From assembly GCA_019309945.1 (NCBI GenBank), contig JAFDFH010000001.1:1-33112 (forward strand): a DNA stretch of 33,112 nucleotides, in the 5' to 3' direction. How positions within the stretch are numbered: position 1 is the first letter of the stretch; each line of letters starts with the position of its first letter. The notes beneath the pieces are model-generated. The model was not told the DNA's origin, made no database searches, and saw only the letters and a program-made list of their open reading frames with translations. The position numbers were made by a program, and so were the translations under genes. The DNA comes from Deltaproteobacteria bacterium (GTDB lineage Bacteria > Desulfobacterota > Desulfobacteria > Desulfobacterales > JAFDFH01). This document shows, piece by piece, positions 17,544 to 25,525 of the stretch.

Positions 17544-19274
17544 ATGCTTCAAGATCTTTCTATTCGAAATTTTGCCATTATTGATGATCTCCAGATATCT
17601 TTTTCCGGCGGGCTGACCATTTTGAGCGGGGAAACCGGCGCAGGAAAATCCATCATTATCAACGCCGTAAATCTTTTGCTCGGTAGTCGAACGACCGCGA
17701 AACTCATTCGTACCGGTGCTGAAACCGCTGAACTGGAAGCATTTTTTCAAATTACGACAGATAGCCGAGTTGCCAAAACTTTAGTGGAACATGGGTTCGA
17801 TGCAAAGGAAGGACTTCTGGTAAGAAGAATTATTGCCCGCCAAGAAAGACAGCGGATTTATATCAATGGACGACTTGCAACCATTCAGATTTTAACCTCA
17901 ATCACTAAAAATCTGGCCAGTATATCGGGGCAGCACGTCCATCAGGGCCTTTTAAAAGAAACGCACCATCTTCTGATACTGGATCAGTTCGGCGGCTTGA
18001 CGTCCTTACGTAGCAAGGTTTACATGTGTTTTCACGAGATCATCCCACTTATCCAGAAGCTCGACAAACTTTATGCGTTGAGCGATCGACAGTCAGATCA
18101 GATTGAATTGCTTGAATTTCAGAAAAAAGAGATCATGGATGCCGCGATATCCGCCGGAGAAGATGTGACTCTTGAGAAAGAACGGACACGCCTTAGAAAC
18201 AGTGAAGCCCTTTATCAAACCATCCATCGTAGTATTGAAGATCTTTACAGTTCACAGGGTGCCGTCATAGAACGACTGATAGAGGTGAAAAAACAGCTAG
18301 AAAAGGCCTCTCAAATCGACCCTGAAATATTGCCAACGGGGGCAAGAGTCGCTCACGCCGCTTTTGAACTGGAAGATATCGCTGAAGAACTGAGAACCTA
18401 TCTGAAAAATTTACAGATAAATGAAGGGCGTCTGGAAGTGGTTGAAGCACGCCTGGATACCCTCCAGAAATTGAAGCGCAAATACGGCGGATCACTGGAA
18501 GCCGCAATTTCGCATCTCGAATCCATCGACGATGAGCTTTCAGGGATTGAAAAATTGTCCACCAAAATTTCCAGGATCGAGGCAAAGCTATCTGAACGGC
18601 ACACTAAACTGGCCGGGTGGGCTCTGCAGTTATCCGAGAAGAGGAAGATGACAGCGGAAATACTGGCAAAAAAGGTGGAAAAGGAACTTGCCACCCTTAA
18701 AATGGCCCAAGCCATATTCGCAATATCCCTACGATCCATTCCATTCGAAGAAAATACAAGCCTACATCTCAAAACAAAAGATAAAACCATTAATGAAACC
18801 GGAATCGACCGTGCGACCTTCCTGATCGCTCCCAATGTGGGAGAAGATTTAAAACCGCTTTCATCCATTGCTTCCGGAGGGGAGCTTTCAAGGGTAATAC
18901 TCGCGATAAAGGCGATACTGGCTGAGACCCAATCGGTTGAAACGGTGGTTTTTGATGAAGTTGACGCCGGAATCGGGGGGAGCGTGGCGGAAGTAGTAGG
19001 CAAGAAATTGGCTTTGCTTGCAAATTACCACCAGGTCATCTGCATCACCCACTTGCCCCAGATTGCCAAATTTGGGGACCATCACTTCAGGATATCAAAA
19101 CAGGTTTCCAGGGGCAGAACGAGAACGACAATCCTCCCACTCGGTAAAAAAGAACGTTTAAACGAAATCGCCAGAATGCTCGGGGGTGAAAAAATTACCC
19201 AGGCAACACGCGATCATGCGCGTGAACTGCTAGAAAAGAGAGAGTATTTTACAAAAGTCGCACGGGGCAAATGA
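17544..19274 (+). CDS. recN: DNA repair protein RecN
   Basis: N-terminus MLQDLSIRNFAIIDDL, Walker A GETGAGKS, long coiled-coil middle, C-terminal SGGELSR signature and Walker B VVFDEVDAGIGG. Confidence 0.95.
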   Translation: MLQDLSIRNFAIIDDLQISFSGGLTILSGETGAGKSIIINAVNLLLGSRTTAKLIRTGAETAELEAFFQITTDSRVAKTLVEHGFDAKEGLLVRRIIARQERQRIYINGRLATIQILTSITKNLASISGQHVHQGLLKETHHLLILDQFGGLTSLRSKVYMCFHEIIPLIQKLDKLYALSDRQSDQIELLEFQKKEIMDAAISAGEDVTLEKERTRLRNSEALYQTIHRSIEDLYSSQGAVIERLIEVKKQLEKASQIDPEILPTGARVAHAAFELEDIAEELRTYLKNLQINEGRLEVVEARLDTLQKLKRKYGGSLEAAISHLESIDDELSGIEKLSTKISRIEAKLSERHTKLAGWALQLSEKRKMTAEILAKKVEKELATLKMAQAIFAISLRSIPFEENTSLHLKTKDKTINETGIDRATFLIAPNVGEDLKPLSSIASGGELSRVILAIKAILAETQSVETVVFDEVDAGIGGSVAEVVGKKLALLANYHQVICITHLPQIAKFGDHHFRISKQVSRGRTRTTILPLGKKERLNEIARMLGGEKITQATRDHARELLEKREYFTKVARGK

Positions 19275-21472
19275 TGACACCATACAGCATCCCTCCATTA
19301 CTTACATTGTGCTGTCTCCTTGGGTTTGCCGGCCTAACTGTTTTTCGTGGAAGAAGAACAAAAGTTAACACCCTTTTTTTACTCATTTGCATACTGGGTT
19401 CTTTTCTTTATGCCGACATATTTATTGTTTTTAATGTAAAATCTCCTGAAACAGCACTCCGAATCAGCCGAATTGATCATTTTTTCATTATATATCTTTT
19501 CCCTCTGTATATTCATTTTTTCCACACATACCTAAAAATTTCCAACCGCAAATGGATTGTTCGCTTAGCCTATGCCTATGCCTTTATACTGATGTGGTTC
19601 ACACCAACATCGCTTTATATTGAGTCCATGGAAAAACATTTTTTCGGTTTTTTTGCAAAAGGGGGCAAACTCTATCCCTTTTTCGGAATGGCTGGTCTTT
19701 TTGTCACCATTTATGCCCTGGTAATCCTTTATCAAGCCATTCAAAATGAGAGCAGCAGCATCCACAAAAACAGGTTAAAATACATTTTGGCCGGATTTGG
19801 TGTCACGGGTCTCATGAATGGCCTCAATGTCTTCCCAATTCTCGGTTATTCCGTGTATCCTCCGGGAAATTTAAGCTTTATTCCTTTCATTATTTTTGCC
19901 GTGGGTATTTATAAACACGATTTGTTGGACATGGGCATTCTGATTAAAAAGAGCCTGATCTATTCACTTCTTACGGCATTGCTCACCGGGCTCTATGCCT
20001 TTATTATTACTGTTGCAAGTAAAGTTTTCGGAGATTTCAATTTTTCTGAATCCATCTATTTCCCAATATTCTTCTTCTTTCTGATTGCTTTTGTTTTCGG
20101 ACCATTAAAAACAAGTGTACAGGATTTTGTTGATCAAATTTTCTACAAAGGTAAATACGATTACCAGAAAACCATTAAAAATGTAAGCCAGATGATCGTA
20201 TCGGTGCTTGATCTTGATGAAATTGTAAAACGTCTAACCGAGACCGTTGCCGACACCATACGGGTTAACAATTGCACACTTTTTTTATGCAACCCAACCG
20301 GGCTCGGATTTGTAAATTTTTCAGCCCGGGGAAAGGATAATTATCCCCGCCATTCAAAGACCGTGGACAAAAAAACCGCCCTTATAAATTTTATGGAGAA
20401 ACAACGCCACCCGATCATAAAAAAGAACTTACTCCAAAGAGTCACGGATACAGAAATTCAGGATGTGCTTGCAGGTATGGAGCAATTACATGCCGAAATA
20501 GCCCTTCCCATGATCTTTAAAGAGCAATTAAAGGGGTTTATCATACTGGGTGAAAAGCTCTCCGGAGATCTTTTTTCCCCAGAGGACTTGGATCTTCTCG
20601 AAACGCTTTCGAGCCAGAGTGCCCTAGCGATTGAAAATGCCCGTTCATATCAACATATCGAGGATCTGAATAGAAATCTCGAGAAAAAGGTGGCGCAAAG
20701 GACACGGGCACTAAAAGAAACACTAATTGAAAAAGAGCGCACCCAGGAAATGTTGATCCGCTCGGAGAGCCTTGCTGCTTTGGGGCAACTCGTAGCCGGT
20801 GTTGCCCACGAACTGAACAACCCCCTTGCAAGTGTAACGAGTCTCATCCAGACCGCTATTGAAGATTTAGAGCAGTGGGACAAAGAGATACCTCCGGATG
20901 AAAATCTAATTGATGATCTTAAATTTGCAGACGGGGAATTGGCCAGAGCAAAATCGATTGTTGCCAGTCTTCTCGGCCTTTCCAGGCAAACCCAAACCTA
21001 TTCAGAAACCGTCGATCTTAATTTGGTTATACAGGATGCCTTAAGGGTACTTTATAACCAGTCCAAACATCACAATATAGATTTTGTTGAAAATTATGTA
21101 CCGAATTTACCGGACGTTCAAGGAAATTTTGCGAATTTAGGGCAGGTAGCCGTGAACATCATAAAAAATGCGATCCAAGCTATTGCCGACGAGAAGGGAA
21201 CGATCATTCTTACCACTCGTTATGACAAGGACACGGGGCAGGTTTTTTTTAGTTGCAAGGATACCGGCCCCGGGATCCCGGAATTGTTACGGCAGGACAT
21301 TTTCAAACCTTTCTTCACGACAAAAGACGTCGGTTTCGGAACGGGCCTGGGCCTGTATATTTGCCATGAAATAATAGAGAAGCATGGGGGCACCTTAACC
21401 TTGGAATCCGCAACCGAACAAGGGGCTCAATTTGAGGTCAGACTGCCGGCCCTTCATCCTCCATTTACTTGA
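19271..21472 (+). CDS. Orphan sensor histidine kinase (N-terminal 7TM sensor, GAF-like domain, HisKA, HATPase_c)
   Basis: About 7 hydrophobic helices in the first 290 aa, a GAF-like middle, H-box VAHELNNPL, and G-boxes DTGPGI / GTGLGL. The start ATG overlaps the recN stop (ATGA). Confidence 0.85.
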   Translation: MMTPYSIPPLLTLCCLLGFAGLTVFRGRRTKVNTLFLLICILGSFLYADIFIVFNVKSPETALRISRIDHFFIIYLFPLYIHFFHTYLKISNRKWIVRLAYAYAFILMWFTPTSLYIESMEKHFFGFFAKGGKLYPFFGMAGLFVTIYALVILYQAIQNESSSIHKNRLKYILAGFGVTGLMNGLNVFPILGYSVYPPGNLSFIPFIIFAVGIYKHDLLDMGILIKKSLIYSLLTALLTGLYAFIITVASKVFGDFNFSESIYFPIFFFFLIAFVFGPLKTSVQDFVDQIFYKGKYDYQKTIKNVSQMIVSVLDLDEIVKRLTETVADTIRVNNCTLFLCNPTGLGFVNFSARGKDNYPRHSKTVDKKTALINFMEKQRHPIIKKNLLQRVTDTEIQDVLAGMEQLHAEIALPMIFKEQLKGFIILGEKLSGDLFSPEDLDLLETLSSQSALAIENARSYQHIEDLNRNLEKKVAQRTRALKETLIEKERTQEMLIRSESLAALGQLVAGVAHELNNPLASVTSLIQTAIEDLEQWDKEIPPDENLIDDLKFADGELARAKSIVASLLGLSRQTQTYSETVDLNLVIQDALRVLYNQSKHHNIDFVENYVPNLPDVQGNFANLGQVAVNIIKNAIQAIADEKGTIILTTRYDKDTGQVFFSCKDTGPGIPELLRQDIFKPFFTTKDVGFGTGLGLYICHEIIEKHGGTLTLESATEQGAQFEVRLPALHPPFT

Positions 21473-21510
21473 CAATCTTTAGAAGATGTATATACAAATA
21501 TTTTTAAGTA

Positions 21511-21651
21511 GTGTCCGTCCAGAAACGAGGATTTTTGTTCGAGATCAAGGCCTGCGACAAATTTTACCACAGGCATATAGTTGATATTCCGAGGATAAAA
21601 TTTTGAGCATAACGCAGAGATCGGGCAAAAAGACCGTTTCTGGATGGACAC
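21511..21651 (+). mobile_element. Family-1 fold-back repeat (141 bp), copy B
   Basis: The termini GTGTCCGTCCAGAAACG / CGTTTCTGGATGGACAC are complementary at 16 of 17 positions, and the exception is G:T. It is flanked by the direct duplication TAAGTA (21505-21510 and 21652-21657). Confidence 0.75.
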
Positions 21652-21684
21652 TAAGTAGCGCTAACGGAATCAAGGAGAATCACT

Positions 21685-21927
21685 ATGCCGATCTATGAGT
21701 TTAGATGTCTAAAATGCCAGGAATGTTTCGAGTGGCTTGTAATTAGCAAAAATGATGAGGTTGAAATGAAGTGTCCAAAATGTAAATCTGAAAAATTTGA
21801 ACGGATTATCAGTTCAACCAATTATGCGGTTGACAACCCAGGGGGAAATTCAGGCGTAAAATCAACGACAAGAACCTGTTCATCCGGTTCGTGTACGACT
21901 TACGAAATACCCGGTCCAACCCGCTAA
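21685..21927 (+). CDS. FmdB-family zinc-ribbon putative regulatory protein
   Basis: Canonical N-terminus MPIYEFRCLKCQECFE plus a second CPKC pair (CxxC-CxxC zinc ribbon). A strong SD, AAGGAG, lies 7 nt upstream. Confidence 0.75.
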   Translation: MPIYEFRCLKCQECFEWLVISKNDEVEMKCPKCKSEKFERIISSTNYAVDNPGGNSGVKSTTRTCSSGSCTTYEIPGPTR

Positions 21928-21939
21928 ATTTCCAATAAG

Positions 21940-22094
21940 GAGACCTTTGAAAAATGGTAATTTTTGTTCGCGTTCAAGGAAGGCGACCAAATTTTAAATC
22001 AGGTTCAACCATAGGAATATATTTAATATTTCGAGGATTGAAATTTGAGCCTGACGCCGAAAGCGGGCAAAAAGTGCTGTTTTGCAAAGGTCTC
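21940..22094 (+). mobile_element. Family-2 fold-back repeat (155 bp), copy C
   Basis: Termini GAGACCTTTGAAAAA / TTTTGCAAAGGTCTC. It is flanked by the direct duplication ATAAG(GA) at 21935-21939 and 22095-22099. The interior is homologous to family 1 (atttttgttcg...caagg...cgaggat..aaatttgagc.t.acgccga.a.cgggcaaaaag). Confidence 0.75.
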
Positions 22095-22107
22095 ATAAGG
22101 ATTCCAT

Positions 22108-22788
22108 ATGAAACACATCCATAACCAGGAGAAGGAACAGTTCAGAAAACTCTTTAAGCAAGAAGAAATTGATAATTTTGAAGATCGATTCAAAATTATG
22201 GAAGTTTTTTTACAAACTGAACGTCATGTTACTTCCAACGAACTGATCCAGCTGCTTAAAGCAAAAGGATACAGTTTCAAATCTGATTTTGTCAGGGATA
22301 CGCTGAAGCTGATGAGCCGCCTTGGTTTTGTCAAGAAAAACAGGTTTGATAATGGATACGTGCGCTATGAACACCGGCACCTGGGTCAACATCATGATCA
22401 TATGATCTGTACAAAATGCAGGAAAATCATTGAGTTTAAGGAGGAAGCGATCGAGAAACTGCAGGTTGAAATTGCATCAACGTATGGTTTTCACATGCTC
22501 CAGCATAAAATGGAAATCTACGGCATCTGTTCCGAATGCCTTAAAGATCGAGTTCAGCGTATCCCTCTGGGGATGGCGAAACAGGGGGAACGACTTGTCA
22601 TTAGAGAATTCACCGGGGGTACTAATGCACATATGCGCTTATTAACCATGGGGTTGAGACTTGGAGATGAAATTGAGGTTGTTACCAATAGTAATAATGG
22701 GCCAATGGTTATTGCCCTTGATTTTAATCGTTTCGTTCTTGGGCGCGGACTGGCCCAAAAGATAATTGTTGAGCCACAAACCGATTAG
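22108..22788 (+). CDS. Fur-family metalloregulator fused to a C-terminal FeoA (SH3-like) domain
   Basis: Residues 1-150 carry a winged-helix region plus the Fur metal sites HHDHMICTKC and CSEC. Residues 155-226 are FeoA-like (GERLVIREFTGG...RLLTMGLRLGDEIEVV...GPMVIALDFNRFVLGRGLAQKIIV). Confidence 0.8.
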   Translation: MKHIHNQEKEQFRKLFKQEEIDNFEDRFKIMEVFLQTERHVTSNELIQLLKAKGYSFKSDFVRDTLKLMSRLGFVKKNRFDNGYVRYEHRHLGQHHDHMICTKCRKIIEFKEEAIEKLQVEIASTYGFHMLQHKMEIYGICSECLKDRVQRIPLGMAKQGERLVIREFTGGTNAHMRLLTMGLRLGDEIEVVTNSNNGPMVIALDFNRFVLGRGLAQKIIVEPQTD

Positions 22789-22873
22789 GCCTTTAATAAT
22801 TATTCGTCTCGGAATTTCTACAACTTATCGAAACTATACATCTTTATTGAGGCGTTGATTTTATCTCACACAT

Positions 22874-22894
22874 GGAATGATGGAATGGCGGAAT
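22874..22894 (+). repeat. Three tandem 8-bp units containing GGAAT (GGAATGAT GGAATGGC GGAAT); a fourth GGAAT is at 22913
   Basis: Read directly: GGAAT occurs at 22874, 22882 and 22890 with exact 8-bp spacing. Confidence 0.6.
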
Positions 22895-22951
22895 CGTGGG
22901 ACTCAAAATTGGAATTTCATCTTCTTTTTATATAATGATTAACATCCTTAA

Positions 22952-22988
22952 TTTTAGGCACTTTAGCGCATTTTAGGCATTTTAGGCA
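22952..22988 (+). repeat. Four tandem 9-10 bp units TTTTAGGCA(C) / TTTAGCGCA / TTTTAGGCA / TTTTAGGCA
   Basis: Read directly. The T-tracts repeat at roughly helical periodicity, downstream of a TTGGAA-16-TATAAT promoter-like pair (22909-22936). Confidence 0.6.
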
Positions 22989-23041
22989 TTTATAGCTCGG
23001 GTTTTTACCGTTACAGTTGTCCCTAAGGGGCTAAGGGGCCA

Positions 23042-23069
23042 CTTCTTCCAAACGCAGTCTTGGAAGAAG
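23042..23069 (+). other. 10-bp perfect stem hairpin CTTCTTCCAA-n8-TTGGAAGAAG
   Basis: Perfect inverted repeat. No U-tract follows, so terminator function is doubtful. It lies in the 375-bp spacer before the radical SAM gene. Confidence 0.3.
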
Positions 23070-23163
23070 CTTAGGATCTTGTTTCGGATTTCGAATTTTC
23101 CCGTCAGACCTGCCATCGTCTGGCGACGTCCATGGAAGATTCTGGAGATATATAATAAAAACA

Positions 23164-24099
23164 ATGCCGTCCGTTGAACCTGCCTATATAGAAACCTTCC
23201 AAAACGGTTTGTTCAAGGAAAAGATCGAAAAGGCCTATGAACTTTTGCGATCCTGCACCCTCTGCCCCCGAAGATGCAAAGTTGACCGGATGTCCGGCCA
23301 GACGGGCATCTGCAAAACCGGTGAAAGAGCATATGTTTCAAGCTATAGCCCTCACTTTGGAGAAGAGGCTCCCCTGGTGGGGTCACAGGGTTCCGGTACA
23401 ATTTTTTTTACCCATTGCAACCTGTTGTGTATCTTCTGTCAGAATTACGATATCAGCCATAAAGGTTATGGATACGAGAAATCTTCCGAACAATTGGCCG
23501 GCATGATGCTTCAACTTCAAAATACGGGTTGTCACAATATAAATTTTGTAACCCCATCCCATGTAGTTCCCCAGATCCTTGCGGCCTTGGAAGGGGCCAT
23601 TGAGGGAGGTCTCTCGGTTCCCTTGATTTTTAACACCGGGGGCTATGACAGTGTCGAAACCCTTAAAATCCTGGAAGGTGTTTTTGATATCTATATGCCG
23701 GATTTTAAATTCTGGGATCCGGGAATTGCCGATGCGACATGTAAGGCCAAAGATTATCCTGAAATGGCCCGAAGGGCGATTATCGCGATGCACAGGCAGG
23801 TGGGAGATCTTGAGATAGACGAAGCGGGTATTGCCAGGCGTGGACTTTTGATTCGTCATCTTGTACTGCCATCCGGGCTGGCCGGAACACGGGAAATAAT
23901 GAAATTTATCGCCAAGGAAATATCCTTGAACACTTATGTAAATATCATGCCTCAATACAGACCTTGCGGCAGGGCTTCTGAAATGGAGGAACTATCAATC
24001 CGTCTTTCATCCGATGATTATAATAATGCCCTGCAGGCCGCCGAGGAAGAAGGTCTTACACGGCTCGACAGTCGCCGGCGTAGTTTTAAGATTCTTTAA
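23164..24099 (+). CDS. Radical SAM protein, PflX-like (pyruvate formate-lyase activase-related)
   Basis: CX3CX2C cluster CNLLCIFCQNYDIS and an extra N-terminal Cys pair, CTLCPRRC. The length and motif order match the COG1313/PflX type. Confidence 0.8.
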   Translation: MPSVEPAYIETFQNGLFKEKIEKAYELLRSCTLCPRRCKVDRMSGQTGICKTGERAYVSSYSPHFGEEAPLVGSQGSGTIFFTHCNLLCIFCQNYDISHKGYGYEKSSEQLAGMMLQLQNTGCHNINFVTPSHVVPQILAALEGAIEGGLSVPLIFNTGGYDSVETLKILEGVFDIYMPDFKFWDPGIADATCKAKDYPEMARRAIIAMHRQVGDLEIDEAGIARRGLLIRHLVLPSGLAGTREIMKFIAKEISLNTYVNIMPQYRPCGRASEMEELSIRLSSDDYNNALQAAEEEGLTRLDSRRRSFKIL

Positions 24100-24118
24100 T
24101 TCAGCCCATGAGGAGTCC

Positions 24119-24550
24119 ATGAAACCTTATGCCCTTGTTATCGCATCCCTGATTATTTTTTGCAGCAGTGTTGCCCTGGCCGAACGCCTGGCCGTTGCGG
24201 TGCCGGTGGCCAACATCCGTTCCGGACCCGGCACGTCATATGATGTTCTATGGAATGCGGAAAAATATTATCCCATCTTTGTTTTAAAAAAATCCGGTCC
24301 TTGGTATCATATTCGTGATTTCGAGGGGGATGAAGGTTGGGTCCATAAGTCCCTTGTCCGTAAAATTGCATCAATTATTACGATAAAACCAAAATGCAAT
24401 ATTCGTTCCGGTCCAGGCCCCCGCTATGAAATACGGTTTTCAGTTGAGGATGGGATTCCATTCAAGGTTTTAGGACGAAAAGGGAACTGGATTCATATTG
24501 AGCATGCCGATGGAGACAAAGGATGGATTTATAAAACGTTGACCTGGTAA
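24119..24550 (+). CDS. Secreted protein with two bacterial SH3 (SH3b) domains
   Basis: I chose the start at the ATG at 24119, which is preceded by AGGAG (24111-24115) and gives the signal peptide MKPYALVIASLIIFCSSVALA. Two repeats are present: NIRSGPGTSYDV...GWVHKSLV and NIRSGPGPRYEI...GWIYKTL. The longer ORF from 24014 overlaps the preceding gene and lacks an SD. Confidence 0.75.
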   Translation: MKPYALVIASLIIFCSSVALAERLAVAVPVANIRSGPGTSYDVLWNAEKYYPIFVLKKSGPWYHIRDFEGDEGWVHKSLVRKIASIITIKPKCNIRSGPGPRYEIRFSVEDGIPFKVLGRKGNWIHIEHADGDKGWIYKTLTW

Positions 24551-24581
24551 CGGCAATCGAAATAAAATTATTGGAGGAAAA

Positions 24582-25268
24582 ATGGCAAAAAAAAAGATCT
24601 CACGAAAACAACTTTTAAAAGAACCCGATGAGTTTTTGACCGTTTCGAGTAAACTAATTCGATTTTCCATTGAATATAAAAAACAAATTTCATTGGCCCT
24701 GAGCGTGCTGTTTGTCCTCATTGTCGTTGTTTTAGCAATCCGCTATTTTTCAAATAAAGCTGAGGACCAGGCCTTAGCTATGCTGGCAAAGGGTGTCACC
24801 AAATACGAATCCATTTTAAAAGACAAAGGCCCCAACAAGGCTTACCATGAGGTTGAAAAAGATTTCCAACGGATTCTTAAAAAGTATTCAGGGAAAAAGG
24901 GGGGAAATCTTGCAAGGGTAACATATGCCAATATTTGCTACAACGCGGGCGATTCTGATAAGGCAATCGAACTCTTTCATACCGCCCTGGATGACTTTGA
25001 CGATAACCCTGCATTAAGAGATCTTATTTTAATCGGCCTGGGCTATTCCTATAAAGAAGCGAAGGATTACAAGACTGCAGCACAGTATTTTGAAATGGTT
25101 GCTTCCAGGACTGATTCCATCATGAAGGACGAGGCGCTCTTCAATCTTGGTTGGCTTTATGCCGAAATAGGTGATCCCGATAGAAGTAACGACGCCTATA
25201 AAAAGATACTTTCTGACTTTACGGATTCCATCTATTTTGATCTGGTTAGAGAGAAAGTGGCCGGATAG
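24582..25268 (+). CDS. Membrane-anchored TPR-repeat protein (YfgM-like architecture)
   Basis: N-terminal basic segment plus one TM (ISLALSVLFVLIVVVLAI), followed by TPR-like repeats. SD GGAGG lies upstream. Confidence 0.7.
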   Translation: MAKKKISRKQLLKEPDEFLTVSSKLIRFSIEYKKQISLALSVLFVLIVVVLAIRYFSNKAEDQALAMLAKGVTKYESILKDKGPNKAYHEVEKDFQRILKKYSGKKGGNLARVTYANICYNAGDSDKAIELFHTALDDFDDNPALRDLILIGLGYSYKEAKDYKTAAQYFEMVASRTDSIMKDEALFNLGWLYAEIGDPDRSNDAYKKILSDFTDSIYFDLVREKVAG

Positions 25269-25301
25269 TTCTTTCTTGGAAGGATCCTTTGGGTTATTTA
25301 C

Positions 25302-25341
25302 AAAAAAAAACGACTAACCGAGAAATTACCGATTAGTCGTT
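25302..25341 (-). terminator. Strong rho-independent terminator oriented for minus-strand transcription
   Basis: The minus strand reads AACGACUAAUCG-guaauuucu-CGGUUAGUCGUU, a stem of about 12 bp, followed by U9 (A9 at 25302-25310 on +). In the + orientation no U-tract follows the hairpin. Confidence 0.75.
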
Positions 25342-25376
25342 AAGGGGGAAAACAGATAAAGAAATTATTAGGTTGT
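25302..25376 (-). ncRNA. Candidate sigma54-dependent small RNA of about 75 nt (prediction only)
   Basis: Bounded by the predicted sigma54 start (about 25376) and the U9 terminator. It has no ORF and contains a single-stranded-looking UUUUCCCCCUUAA stretch complementary to SD-like AAGGGGGAA. Confidence 0.4.
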
Positions 25377-25386
25377 TTTTAAATTA

Positions 25387-25402
25387 TGCAAATAGTTTGC
25401 CA
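25387..25402 (-). promoter_or_regulatory. Sigma54 (-24/-12) promoter candidate
   Basis: The minus strand reads TGGCAA-ACTAT-TTGCA, which matches TGGCAC-N5-TTGCW with exact spacing. Confidence 0.5.
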
Positions 25403-25525
25403 AACTGGTACTTTATTATTCACATTGTCTATGAACCAATTATTTCATATATTTTTCAATGGGTTATATTTAAATTAAATTTTAAGTTAAAAAACTACAT
25501 GATTAGAAACCATATTTTAAATAGG

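Noticed and set aside
368-21374. Many 60-200-aa ORFs nested in or antisense to the long genes (for example 746-1141, 10253-10738, 18398-19003, 26376-26894)
   Set aside because: All lie inside well-supported longer CDSs on the opposite strand or in another frame. They have no motifs and have biased composition typical of shadow ORFs.
21454-21651. 65-aa minus-strand ORF spanning fold-back repeat copy B; the reading frame is also open in copy A
   Set aside because: Substitutions between copies A and B are mostly non-synonymous. The equivalent frame in family 2 contains a stop. There is no start or SD context. The open frame looks incidental.
22957-22972. Sigma54-like AGGCAC-TTTAG-CGCAT
   Set aside because: The GG-to-GC spacing is one nucleotide too short relative to TGGCAC-N5-TTGC, and sigma54 spacing is strict. 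The match is probably a by-product of the TTTTAGGCA tandem repeat.
24014-24118. Upstream extension of the SH3b gene to the ATG at 24014
   Set aside because: It overlaps the 3' end of the radical SAM gene and lacks an SD. The ATG at 24119 has an AGGAG and yields a canonical signal peptide.
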